From NCBI GenBank assembly GCA_025057985.1, contig JANXEV010000001.1, forward strand, positions 11,131 to 75,130: 64,000 nucleotides of DNA, read 5' to 3'. A program made the translations under genes and the position numbers. Below, piece after piece: positions 9,890 to 18,730 of the stretch. The DNA is from Candidatus Aenigmatarchaeota archaeon. GTDB taxonomy: Archaea; Aenigmatarchaeota; Aenigmatarchaeia; CG10238-14; SpSt-28. The notes beneath the pieces are model-generated. The model did not search any database, had not been told where the DNA came from, and saw only the letters and a list, made by a program, of their open reading frames with translations. How positions within the stretch are numbered: the first letter of the stretch is position 1; every line of letters begins with the position of its first letter.

Positions 9890-10174
9890 TTAAATTTCGA
9901 GGTGTTTTTTCCTCACACTTTTACCTGGTTGAGCTATCCCCCTAAATCTTGCGCAACTTGGGCAAACATAATGTTTTCTTTCAAAAGTGTGGAGATATTT
10001 AGGATCTATTTGTTTTTTTAAAGTTGGGTCGTTTATCGAAAATTTCCTCTTTATAGTAAAAGATTTATATCGAGGTAATCTTCTTCCACAGAAAACACAT
10101 TCTACAACCGCTTCGCTTCCCCTAGCATGAGTGTGTTCATACTTTCTTTTGTATGGAGCTGTACTAATCGGCAT
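9890..10174 (-). CDS. rps26e: Ribosomal protein eS26 (S26e) homologue
   Basis: 94 aa basic protein, RG..V.CxxCG.R.P..K ... DP.L ... KHYVCPSCA...GI, the eS26 zinc-binding layout. Confidence 0.75.
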   Translation of the reverse strand: MPISTAPYKRKYEHTHARGSEAVVECVFCGRRLPRYKSFTIKRKFSINDPTLKKQIDPKYLHTFERKHYVCPSCARFRGIAQPGKSVRKKHLEI

Positions 10175-10222
10175 TAATTTGTATATCTTTCAAACTTTAA
10201 AAAGCAAACTTTTACTGAAAAT

Positions 10223-11257
10223 ATGGGAGTTCAAATAAGTTCGATAATACAAAAGAAAGAAATAAACCTTGAAGATTTGTCTGGAAAAAAAATAGCCATA
10301 GACGCTTATAACGCTCTTTTTCAATTTTTAAGCATAATAAGGGATAAAGACACAGGCGATCCACTAAAAGATAGTAAAGGAAGAATAACTTCACATTTAT
10401 CGGGTCTTTTTTATAGAACGGTTAACTTCTTAGAGATCGGCATCAAACCGGTCTATGTTTTCGACGGAGAAGCTCCGGTTTTTAAAAAGATTACCCAAGA
10501 AAAAAGAGAGGAACAAAGAAGAATCGCTGAAGAAAAAATGAAGATAGCGTTGGAATTGGGAAAAATAGAAGACGTGTTGAAGTACGCACAAGCCACAGCT
10601 AGGTTGTCTAAAGAAATAGTCGAAGATTCAAAAAAATTGATTAAGTTAATGGGAATACCTTATGTAGAGGCACCAAGTGAAGGTGAGATGCAAGCCGCAT
10701 ACTTAGCGAAGAAGGGTGATGTATGGGCTTGTGCATCACAAGACTATGATTCTTTATTGGCCGGCTCTCCAAGGTTAATAAGAAATCTGAACCTTACTGG
10801 AAAAAGAAAGCTTCCTGGTAGAGAAGTTTACGTCGAAATAAAACCAGAACTGATAGAGTTAGAAGAAGTTTTAAAAAGTTTAGGATTAACAAGAGAACAA
10901 TTGATAATCGTAGGGATTTTAGTCGGAACTGATTATAATCCCGATGGAATAGAGGGGATAGGACCAAAAAAAGCCTTAAAGTTAGTCAAAGAAAAGAAAA
11001 CTCTAGAAAATGTCATGAAAGAAATTGAATGGAAATTTGAAGTCGGAGCTGAAGAAATCTACAATTTCTTTCTAAACCCACCGGTCACTGATAATTACAC
11101 TCTTGAATGGAAGCAACCAAACGAAGAAGAACTTATAAAATTTATGGTAGAAGAACATAACTTTTCCGAGGAGAGAATCAGAAACGGTATAGAAAAAATA
11201 AAACAATCGATTCAAAAACATCAACAAAAAGATTTAAGCAAATGGTTTAAATCTTAA
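10223..11257 (+). CDS. fen: Flap endonuclease 1
   Basis: MGV start, [37 protein letters not shown]-terminal PIP box QKDLSKWF. Confidence 0.97.
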   Translation: MGVQISSIIQKKEINLEDLSGKKIAIDAYNALFQFLSIIRDKDTGDPLKDSKGRITSHLSGLFYRTVNFLEIGIKPVYVFDGEAPVFKKITQEKREEQRRIAEEKMKIALELGKIEDVLKYAQATARLSKEIVEDSKKLIKLMGIPYVEAPSEGEMQAAYLAKKGDVWACASQDYDSLLAGSPRLIRNLNLTGKRKLPGREVYVEIKPELIELEEVLKSLGLTREQLIIVGILVGTDYNPDGIEGIGPKKALKLVKEKKTLENVMKEIEWKFEVGAEEIYNFFLNPPVTDNYTLEWKQPNEEELIKFMVEEHNFSEERIRNGIEKIKQSIQKHQQKDLSKWFKS

Positions 11258-11439
11258 AACCTTCTTCTTCTTTGTAGATCGTGGGTTTGCCAAGCATATT
11301 TTTTTATTTTGCTTGTCCTTCCGTACCCACAGGCAGAACAATATTTTTTATCTTTCCTATAAGAAGTTCTACCACATCTTCTACATCTTATATGTAAAAC
11401 ATGATGCTTCTTTCCCATTGATGGTGTTCCTTTCACCAT
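11254..11439 (-). CDS. rpl37e: Ribosomal protein eL37 (L37e)
   Basis: [23 protein letters not shown]; start placed at MVKGT. Confidence 0.95.
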   Translation of the reverse strand: MVKGTPSMGKKHHVLHIRCRRCGRTSYRKDKKYCSACGYGRTSKIKKYAWQTHDLQRRRRF

Positions 11440-11487
11440 TTTGTTTTTCACCGCTTTTACTCTATCTAATTAAATGTCTTTATATTT

Positions 11488-13839
11488 TTAAATCTCTATC
11501 ACTCTAGTAAATTCGTCCACTTCTTTATTTCTCTCAAGCTTATATATCTTACCAGTTACCGCGTTCTCCAATTTTTCATCGTGTGTGATTATAAAAACCT
11601 GATCCAAAAATTCAGAAACACTCTCTCTTAAAACCTTAGCCAATTCTTCCACGGAGTTTGAATCTAAGTTGTGTGTGGGCTCATCCAAAACTAGAATTTT
11701 GAGTTTTGGTGAAAGAGTTAGAGAAAAAGCTATTCTCAACGCTAGTGCAGCCAAACTTCTCTCTCCACCAGAAGCTATTCCCTCTACACTAACCCATTTC
11801 CCGGATCTTTCTTGCAATTGTAAGCTGTAGTCTCCTTCTTCTATCTTCAAAGCCAAGGTAGCAAAATCTTTATAAGGATAAAGATTAGACCAAATAAGAC
11901 TCATGTAAGAGTTTACAGCCTGCACGAATTCTTCTCTCAACTTCTCTTGAGTTATCTTAAGAGCTTCTTTGAAAACTTTCAGATCTATCACGATTCTCCT
12001 TAGATTTTCTATCTCTTGCTTAATTTTTTCAAAAAGCTCTATTTGTTTTCTAACCTCCTCCAAACTTTTGCTAAGCCTTGCTTTTAGTTCTTCCTTACCT
12101 CTTATCTCCATAGCAAGCTCTCTTTCTCTAGAAACCAATTTCATGAGCTCTTGAGATAACTGTTCTAAAGGAACAAAAGATATTTTTTCTTCTAAGTCTT
12201 TTATTTGTTGTTTAATTTTCTCATGCCTATTTTTCAATTCTCCTAACTTAGAAACCTTCTCCTCATATTCATTAATTCTACTCAAAGCCAACTCTAACTC
12301 GTTTTTCTTTATCAAACTATCTTTCAAAATTTTTTCTTTTTCTTCCAAATCTTTCCTGTATTCTTCGATTTCCTTTTCCAAGCTAATCAAATTATCACTT
12401 TCTATGATTTGTTGATTTTTATAAAACTCTAGATCCTTTTCCAAAGACTCTTTCTTACTCAATTTAATCCTAAGCTGCTCTATTTTTTTTAAATCCTCTT
12501 TAATTTTTCTTATCCTATTTTCTTCTTCTCCTACTTTAATTTTATAATTCTCTATCTCTTTTTTAGTGTCTTCTATCTCCTCCCTCTTCTTTTCTATAAG
12601 AGTTTTTTTCTTTTCTTCACTCAACTTTGAATCACAAACAGGACATTTACTTTCAGCGCTCATCAACTTATTTATACTCTCTTCTAAGCTTTCTATATTA
12701 CCGGCTAAGCTAGAAATTTTGGATTTCAACTCCAAAAGATTTTTTTCACTTTCTTCCAAAACCTTTTGGTTACTAATCTTTTCCATCTCACTCAATTTAC
12801 TCTCTATTTCTTTGATCTCCAACAACTCTTTTTCTATCTCTTCGATTTTTTTCTTGGAAAAACTAATGGACGATGAAATTTCGGACTTCCTGTTAATTTT
12901 TTTATCTAATGAAATTTTCAAATCAGAAACGTATTTTTCCAAATCCTTAATTTCTTTTTTAGTTTTTTCCAACTCCTTCAATATGGAAAATCTATCCAAA
13001 CCTTTACAAACCGAAGTTAAAATTTCAACATCAGCCGAAATTTGAGAAATTAAAGAAGAAATAGAAGCTTCTTCTCTTCTCAATCCTTCTAAACTCTCTT
13101 TGATTTTCTTATTTCTTTCATACTCCTCCTCTAGTAGAACTCTTTTTGTACTAATTTCAGCTAAAGTACTTTTCACAGGAATTAGCCAACTCTCTATTTC
13201 TTTGATCTCTTTCTCTATATTATTTTTCTCAGAGTTCAGCCTTTCTATATTCAAAGTCCCTAAAAATTTTTCTTTTTCTAAAATTCTTTCCTCCAACCTT
13301 CCGATCAAAGTAGTACAAGAACTTCTAGCCTTTTCAAAGTTTTCTATCATCAGAATTTCATCTATTTTTTTCTTTCTTTCAGAAGGAGATAAATTCAAAA
13401 AGTAGTCTAATGAATTTTGTTTGGAGTAAATTATTTTCGAGAACAAATCAAAACTTGTTTTAAGTTTTTCTTCGATTATCTCATTTACTCTTTGAGAACT
13501 TTGAATCTCTATCAACTTTCCGTCTTCTCTTAATTCTGCGGTAGAACCTCTTCCAGCTTTTATTACCCTTTTCACTGTATAAACTTTTCCTTCACACTCG
13601 AACTCGATCAAAACTTCTGCCTCATTTCTTTGATAAGGTTTTCTCATTATTACATCGTCTAACTTTATTTTCTTAGACTGTAAATCAGGTGTTGTTCCGT
13701 ACAAACCGAAGCATATCGCTTCAAAAATACTACTCTTACCACTACCGTTTATACCAAGAATTATATTCACACCTTTTGGAAATTCGAATACCGAATCTAA
13801 ATGACTTTTCCAATTTTTCAACACAACTCTCCTTATCAT
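11488..13839 (-). CDS. rad50: DNA double-strand break repair ATPase Rad50
   Basis: Walker A GINGSGKS, long coiled coils, central CPVC zinc hook, SGGE signature, LDEPT; coupled to mre11. Confidence 0.95.
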   Translation of the reverse strand: MIRRVVLKNWKSHLDSVFEFPKGVNIILGINGSGKSSIFEAICFGLYGTTPDLQSKKIKLDDVIMRKPYQRNEAEVLIEFECEGKVYTVKRVIKAGRGSTAELREDGKLIEIQSSQRVNEIIEEKLKTSFDLFSKIIYSKQNSLDYFLNLSPSERKKKIDEILMIENFEKARSSCTTLIGRLEERILEKEKFLGTLNIERLNSEKNNIEKEIKEIESWLIPVKSTLAEISTKRVLLEEEYERNKKIKESLEGLRREEASISSLISQISADVEILTSVCKGLDRFSILKELEKTKKEIKDLEKYVSDLKISLDKKINRKSEISSSISFSKKKIEEIEKELLEIKEIESKLSEMEKISNQKVLEESEKNLLELKSKISSLAGNIESLEESINKLMSAESKCPVCDSKLSEEKKKTLIEKKREEIEDTKKEIENYKIKVGEEENRIRKIKEDLKKIEQLRIKLSKKESLEKDLEFYKNQQIIESDNLISLEKEIEEYRKDLEEKEKILKDSLIKKNELELALSRINEYEEKVSKLGELKNRHEKIKQQIKDLEEKISFVPLEQLSQELMKLVSRERELAMEIRGKEELKARLSKSLEEVRKQIELFEKIKQEIENLRRIVIDLKVFKEALKITQEKLREEFVQAVNSYMSLIWSNLYPYKDFATLALKIEEGDYSLQLQERSGKWVSVEGIASGGERSLAALALRIAFSLTLSPKLKILVLDEPTHNLDSNSVEELAKVLRESVSEFLDQVFIITHDEKLENAVTGKIYKLERNKEVDEFTRVIEI

Positions 13840-15047
13840 TTCATCATCCTCAACGTAGATTGTTCTCCGGTAAGTATTTTCAAAGCGAGATCTATTTCCT
13901 CTTCTTTAAGTAAGTTAAATACATCAAAAAAATCGAAACTTCCTTTAAAACCAAGTTCATCCAGAGTTTTCTTCAAAAGATTTACACCCAATTCGTCCAA
14001 ACTCAACTTCTGATCCCTAACATTCCTTATAAATTCTATTTTCGATGCTAACTCGCTCGACTCTAAACTTCTAGCAAACATAAGAATTGCTAAATCCCAA
14101 TATTTTTTTTCTATCTCTCTCAATTCCTTCTCTGATATTTCTCCATTTATTCTAAATTTTATTATCGGTTGCAGATTATTGAAAATTATCTCTCTGACTC
14201 TTCTTTCCAAAATCTCCCTACCATTTAAACCTTTAAGTTCTAAGACCTCGTAAAAAAACTTCCTTTGGGATATAGGAACGAATTCCACCTTTTTAGAAGA
14301 AGTATCTATTTTTACAAACCCTTTTTGTATCTCTGCCTCAGAAGGTTGAAACTGAGTTATGACCGTGCTGCCGGGGAAAACCAAAAGAGAGTTTCCAATC
14401 TTTTCAACAGTATGTACATGAATATGCCCGTCTACTATAATATCGAAATTTGAAGGTAGGTTAGAAACGTTTATAGATGGTTCATCGAGGGGAGAATAAA
14501 CAAATGGATGGATGTTTTGATGAAGAAGAAGAATGTTGAAAGAATTTTGTTTTGGTATAGGGCTCCACTTATACAACACGTCTTTTGCCAATCTTTCCGC
14601 CACATGAGACATTCCGTGAATAGTAACAAATTCTCCGTTTTTTTCAAAAGTTATATAGTGTTTGTCTAAATGGACCAAAAATCCTGCATTTTCTAAAGCC
14701 TCTATGGCGTTTATCTCACCTTTAACTCTTACTTCATGATTTCCATGAATAGCTATGACAGGGAGATGTGAGATGGTTTTGATAGAATTTTCTTTTAATT
14801 TTTTATTAGTCTCAACCAACCTAACTCCTCTGTCACTCTCTAAACTAACCTTTGATAAAACTTTCAAAGCGTAAGCCCAAGCCTTTGTTTTGGGTGCTCT
14901 AGAATCAAACAAATCTCCACACAAAATTATCAAATCGCTGTCTAAAGCCTTGTTAAAAGCTTCTTCGAAATTTTTGTAACTATCTTCCTCTAATCTAATT
15001 TCCGGTGAAAAGCCAAGATGACAATCTGAAATTACAGATATTATCAT
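13836..15047 (-). CDS. mre11: DNA repair nuclease Mre11
   Basis: SDCHLG, GDLFD, GNHE, LHQ, GHIH, PGS metallophosphoesterase motifs. Confidence 0.93.
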   Translation of the reverse strand: MIISVISDCHLGFSPEIRLEEDSYKNFEEAFNKALDSDLIILCGDLFDSRAPKTKAWAYALKVLSKVSLESDRGVRLVETNKKLKENSIKTISHLPVIAIHGNHEVRVKGEINAIEALENAGFLVHLDKHYITFEKNGEFVTIHGMSHVAERLAKDVLYKWSPIPKQNSFNILLLHQNIHPFVYSPLDEPSINVSNLPSNFDIIVDGHIHVHTVEKIGNSLLVFPGSTVITQFQPSEAEIQKGFVKIDTSSKKVEFVPISQRKFFYEVLELKGLNGREILERRVREIIFNNLQPIIKFRINGEISEKELREIEKKYWDLAILMFARSLESSELASKIEFIRNVRDQKLSLDELGVNLLKKTLDELGFKGSFDFFDVFNLLKEEEIDLALKILTGEQSTLRMMK

Positions 15048-15050
15048 AAT

Positions 15051-16007
15051 CTAGATTTTGCTTTCTCCTTTATATCTTCCCTTCTCCATTATAACCCTGT
15101 CAATTCTTACGGCTACACCTCTTTTAGCAGTCACCATTTTTTCGCTTTTCATTTTTGCTATGCCTATCGCTATTAATTCATTCTTCAAACTCATTATCGC
15201 TACCAACTCTCCCTCTTTTATACCTTCTTGAACCCTTGTTATTCCAACCGGAAATAGAGGCGATCCGTTACATAAACTTTCTATCGCTGAGTTTTTTACG
15301 AATATTTTTTTTACGTGTGGGATAGCAAATTCTATTGGTATGAGGATTTTTTTAAGAACATCTTGATCTCCTTTTTTCCAAAACTCATATGCGTCTCTAA
15401 TCTCGACTAAAGAGTGTGTTTGGTCTTCAGTAAACTCTCCTACTTTTATTCTCCTTAACTCTAACATGTGTGCGCCTATCCCGCTAGCTTTACCTATATC
15501 GTCGCAGAGTTTTCTTATGTAAGTTCCGGCCTCGACTCTTGTATGAAAAAGTACTTCTCTTCCTTCTACTTCTAAAATTTCGAAAAACACGACTTCTCTT
15601 TCCCTCGGCCTTCTAGCAACAGCCGATTTCTTTGGCGGAACTTGAACTATTTTTCCTACAAACTTTTCTGCTATCAACTTTTTTAAAAATTCTACATCAA
15701 AATCCTTGTGCATGTACATTATACCAACATACTCTTTGTAGAGTTTTTGAAAAAGAATTGCCGACTTGACTCCATTATTAATTAAAACCGGTAACACACC
15801 AGTAACATTTGGATCTAAAGTTCCTATATGTGCGACCTTTTTCGCATTGAAAATTTCTTTTACCCAAAGACTAACCTGATGACTAGTGGGACCAGAATGT
15901 TTATCTACCAAAATCATACAGTTTTCTAAAACTTCTTCTACACTTCTTTCCTCAGGTCTCTTACCAAAATCTTCATCTATTTCTTCTTCACTTCTTACTA
16001 ACCACAT
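15051..16007 (-). CDS. cbf5: Pseudouridine synthase Cbf5
   Basis: DKHSGPTSHQV, HIGTLDP, PPKKSAV, AGTYIRKLC, C-terminal PUA domain. Confidence 0.95.
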   Translation of the reverse strand: MWLVRSEEEIDEDFGKRPEERSVEEVLENCMILVDKHSGPTSHQVSLWVKEIFNAKKVAHIGTLDPNVTGVLPVLINNGVKSAILFQKLYKEYVGIMYMHKDFDVEFLKKLIAEKFVGKIVQVPPKKSAVARRPREREVVFFEILEVEGREVLFHTRVEAGTYIRKLCDDIGKASGIGAHMLELRRIKVGEFTEDQTHSLVEIRDAYEFWKKGDQDVLKKILIPIEFAIPHVKKIFVKNSAIESLCNGSPLFPVGITRVQEGIKEGELVAIMSLKNELIAIGIAKMKSEKMVTAKRGVAVRIDRVIMEKGRYKGESKI

Positions 16008-16040
16008 TAAAATAATTAAGATTTTTTAGAAAAATCTTTA

Positions 16041-16190
16041 CTAAATCTTTTCCTTCATCTCTTTTATTTCTCTCATAAACCTAGCTATAGTCTTCGGTAA
16101 ATCTTCTTCACTCACCCTCAAAATCCTAGCTGCATCTCTCAAAATTTTTTCCTTCTTTTTTAACTTCAACCATTCTTCTTTAGATATCAT
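16041..16190 (-). CDS. 49-aa microprotein paralogous to the C-terminal helical segment of the adjacent AlaRS
   Basis: Not in ORF track. MISKEEWLKLKKKEKILRDAARILRVSEEDLPKTIARFMREIKEMKEKI; ATGA overlap with the alaS stop; GGAGGT upstream; aligns without gaps to the AlaRS tail. Confidence 0.85.
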   Translation of the reverse strand: MISKEEWLKLKKKEKILRDAARILRVSEEDLPKTIARFMREIKEMKEKI

Positions 16191-18493
16191 TTTTTAACCT
16201 CCTTCCTGAGTTTTTTCCATTCTTTGAACAACCTCTCAACCGCACTTGGCAACTCTTCTTCACTAACATTCAAAAGATCACAACATTCTCTTATTATTTT
16301 TTCTTTATTCTTCAAATATTCATAGGCTACCTCGCCACTGCAAAATTCCAACCTCACCACACCATCAGAAATTCTTTTCGTTTTAAGAATAGTTATATAT
16401 CCGACGTCTTTCGTAGAAGTTAACATATGATGAGTTCCGCTACAAGCCTCCACGTCTTCGTCTCCAATAGAAACTATCCTTACAAAACTTTCTGGAATAG
16501 CCCCTCCTTGATAAATTCTGAATCCGAATTTTTTCTCAGCTTCGCTCCTTTTTAAAACTTCAATCTTTATCGGCAAATTTCTTTCCACGATATCATTAGC
16601 ATACTCTTCTATTTTTTCAATCTCCTCTTCACTCAAGCTTTCAAAATGTGTTATGTCTAACCTTGCTTTGTCTTCTCTAACTTCACTTCCTTCTTGCCAA
16701 ACCCAACCACCGATTTTTTTCCTAGCAGCAGCATTTATTATATGAGTAGCGACATGATGTCTCGATAAAACCATCCTTCTATTTAAATCTACTCTACATC
16801 TTACTGTATCTCCTTCTTTAAGTTTACGGTCTTCAAGAACATGAATCACAGTTTTACCTATTTTAATAACATCAACAACCTTACACTCTCCTATATAACC
16901 TTTATCACAATCTTGCCCACCTTGTCTTGGGAAAAACGCAGTTCTATCAAGTATAACTTTATTTCCTTCAACCTTCAAAACCTTAGCGTCGAATTCGAAA
17001 ATATTTTGATAATAAAGAGGTTGTGTGGTAAATTCGTAAGATTTAGCTTCTCCAATCTTTTCTTTTTTAGGAGCATGTCTTTTGTTTAAAATTTCATAAA
17101 ATTCTTTCGTGGGCTCTCTTCCCAATTCCTCAGGAGAAATTCCGTGGGTTTCGTAAATTTTTACCAAATCTTCAATAGAAAGATTTTTGTCCTTATATAT
17201 CTCGACTATCTTTGAGTTTTTCTTTTTAGAATCGAAAAACTTTTTCTTCTCAGCTTCTATTACTACGAATATCTCGTTTTTATGTTCATCTAATTCGGGA
17301 AACATTGGTTTAAGAAATTCCGTATGCCACAAAGAAACCTCAGCCAGCTCTATACTCGGAAAATACTTCTCTATAAAGTTTAAACTTCTCCTTAAAATAA
17401 CTCTTAAAAAGTAACCAGCGCCCGTGTTACTAGGAAGTCCGCCGTCCGAAATTGCAAAAGCTAAAGCCCTCGTATGATCGAGAACCGCATACATAGCTTG
17501 AATTTTTTCTATTTTTTCGACAAAATCCTTTTCATCTATTTTCAAACTTTTAACAACTTCGTTTCTAGCTTTCTTAAAATCGGATAAGTCTTCGACATTT
17601 AAACTTCCAGAAATTACTGTATATTTTTTCCAAATATCCCTATCAATAGTTAAACCACTCTTTCTAACAAACTTTTCTACCACATCTCCAAAAACCGCTT
17701 CGTAGGCAGTTAGAGTAGATTGAGAAAACCAAGCTAATCTTTCCAAACCCCAGCCCACGTCCACAACTTTCATCGGCAACTCTTTCAACCCGTTCTGCCA
17801 TGTGAAGTACATAAAACCAGAATTACTAAGTTCCAAACCGAGAGAGAAACTTTCTAAATAAGGACCTAGAGCTGAAAAATCTGGCATCGTCCATAAATCT
17901 TCTACGTAAACGATCTCTTCTTTAGGTATTTTTAATTCTTCCGTCAAAAACCTAAAATTCAATTCGATCGTTCTATCTTTCCAATATCCTTCTGAAGGCC
18001 AGTTGAACGAATGTTGACCTGGCATCACGAAAGCCGTAAAGTGCCTTCCTGTTACTCCGACGTTTAATATATCATTAAATCTAAGACAAGTTTGTGGGAC
18101 TATAAGTGGATTTGCAGGATATTCAAAAACCATAACTCCGTTATCAAATCTTTGAAAATCAACAATAGAAGCAATATTGTAGTAAATATCTTCTCTCCAT
18201 CTCGCCAAAACTGGATACCTAGGAATGGACGTATGACCATTCCTCACGAAAAAATCTTCCATTTTTTTCCAAACTTCAACGTAACTCATTTTTTTCGCTA
18301 TAGGATTTTCTATAAAACCATAACTCTCTCCGCACTCTGGATCTGGGCAATGGTTTCTTTCTTTGATACTCCAAAAACCTTTTCCACAGGAAGGACAAAC
18401 CTTTCTCCTAAAACCTTCTCTCGAAAACAATTCCACTCTCCAATATTTTTCTGGCTCTTTCTGAAAAATTTTCAAAATCTCTTTTTTTTCCAT
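16187..18493 (-). CDS. alaS: Alanyl-tRNA synthetase (archaeal type; C-terminal globular domain absent)
   Basis: YPVLARWR, ASIVDFQ, NVGVTGRH, DVGWGLER, DHTR, editing domain HVATH...CSGTH, RISDGVVRLEF; ends after a helical stretch at 768 aa. Confidence 0.95.
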   Translation of the reverse strand: MEKKEILKIFQKEPEKYWRVELFSREGFRRKVCPSCGKGFWSIKERNHCPDPECGESYGFIENPIAKKMSYVEVWKKMEDFFVRNGHTSIPRYPVLARWREDIYYNIASIVDFQRFDNGVMVFEYPANPLIVPQTCLRFNDILNVGVTGRHFTAFVMPGQHSFNWPSEGYWKDRTIELNFRFLTEELKIPKEEIVYVEDLWTMPDFSALGPYLESFSLGLELSNSGFMYFTWQNGLKELPMKVVDVGWGLERLAWFSQSTLTAYEAVFGDVVEKFVRKSGLTIDRDIWKKYTVISGSLNVEDLSDFKKARNEVVKSLKIDEKDFVEKIEKIQAMYAVLDHTRALAFAISDGGLPSNTGAGYFLRVILRRSLNFIEKYFPSIELAEVSLWHTEFLKPMFPELDEHKNEIFVVIEAEKKKFFDSKKKNSKIVEIYKDKNLSIEDLVKIYETHGISPEELGREPTKEFYEILNKRHAPKKEKIGEAKSYEFTTQPLYYQNIFEFDAKVLKVEGNKVILDRTAFFPRQGGQDCDKGYIGECKVVDVIKIGKTVIHVLEDRKLKEGDTVRCRVDLNRRMVLSRHHVATHIINAAARKKIGGWVWQEGSEVREDKARLDITHFESLSEEEIEKIEEYANDIVERNLPIKIEVLKRSEAEKKFGFRIYQGGAIPESFVRIVSIGDEDVEACSGTHHMLTSTKDVGYITILKTKRISDGVVRLEFCSGEVAYEYLKNKEKIIRECCDLLNVSEEELPSAVERLFKEWKKLRKEVKK

Positions 18494-18652
18494 TTTATAA
18501 TTGTTGTAAACTAATTAATTATTTTTTTAGGTTAGTTCTACTAAAAATCTTATCTTCGTAACAAAAATCAATCATTAAATATTTTTCCTATCTCTTCTGA
18601 AAAAACTCACTAAATACTAAAACTTAAATACTTTTCGCTACATATAAACAAT

Positions 18653-18715
18653 ATGACTAAAAACTTTTTAGCCATAAATGATTTTGATGGAACGAAACAT
18701 GTGAAGAACTTCTGA
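18653..18715 (+). CDS. Possible 20-aa upstream ORF (MTKNFLAINDFDGTKHVKNF)
   Basis: ATG about 25 nt after a TATA-like CTTAAATA (18623-18630); stop is immediately followed by the SD of the next gene. Confidence 0.35.
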   Translation: MTKNFLAINDFDGTKHVKNF

Positions 18716-18730
18716 GAAGGAGGGATCAAT

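Noticed and set aside
13836..13865. PIP-box-like QSTLRMMK at the Mre11 C-terminus
   Set aside because: It lacks the aromatic residues; too weak to call.
16041..16330. The 49-aa ORF as a frameshifted continuation of alaS or an assembly duplication
   Set aside because: It repeats the preceding helices rather than continuing into a DHHA1 domain, has its own ATG and SD, and its DNA is too diverged from the alaS tail to be a duplicated read.
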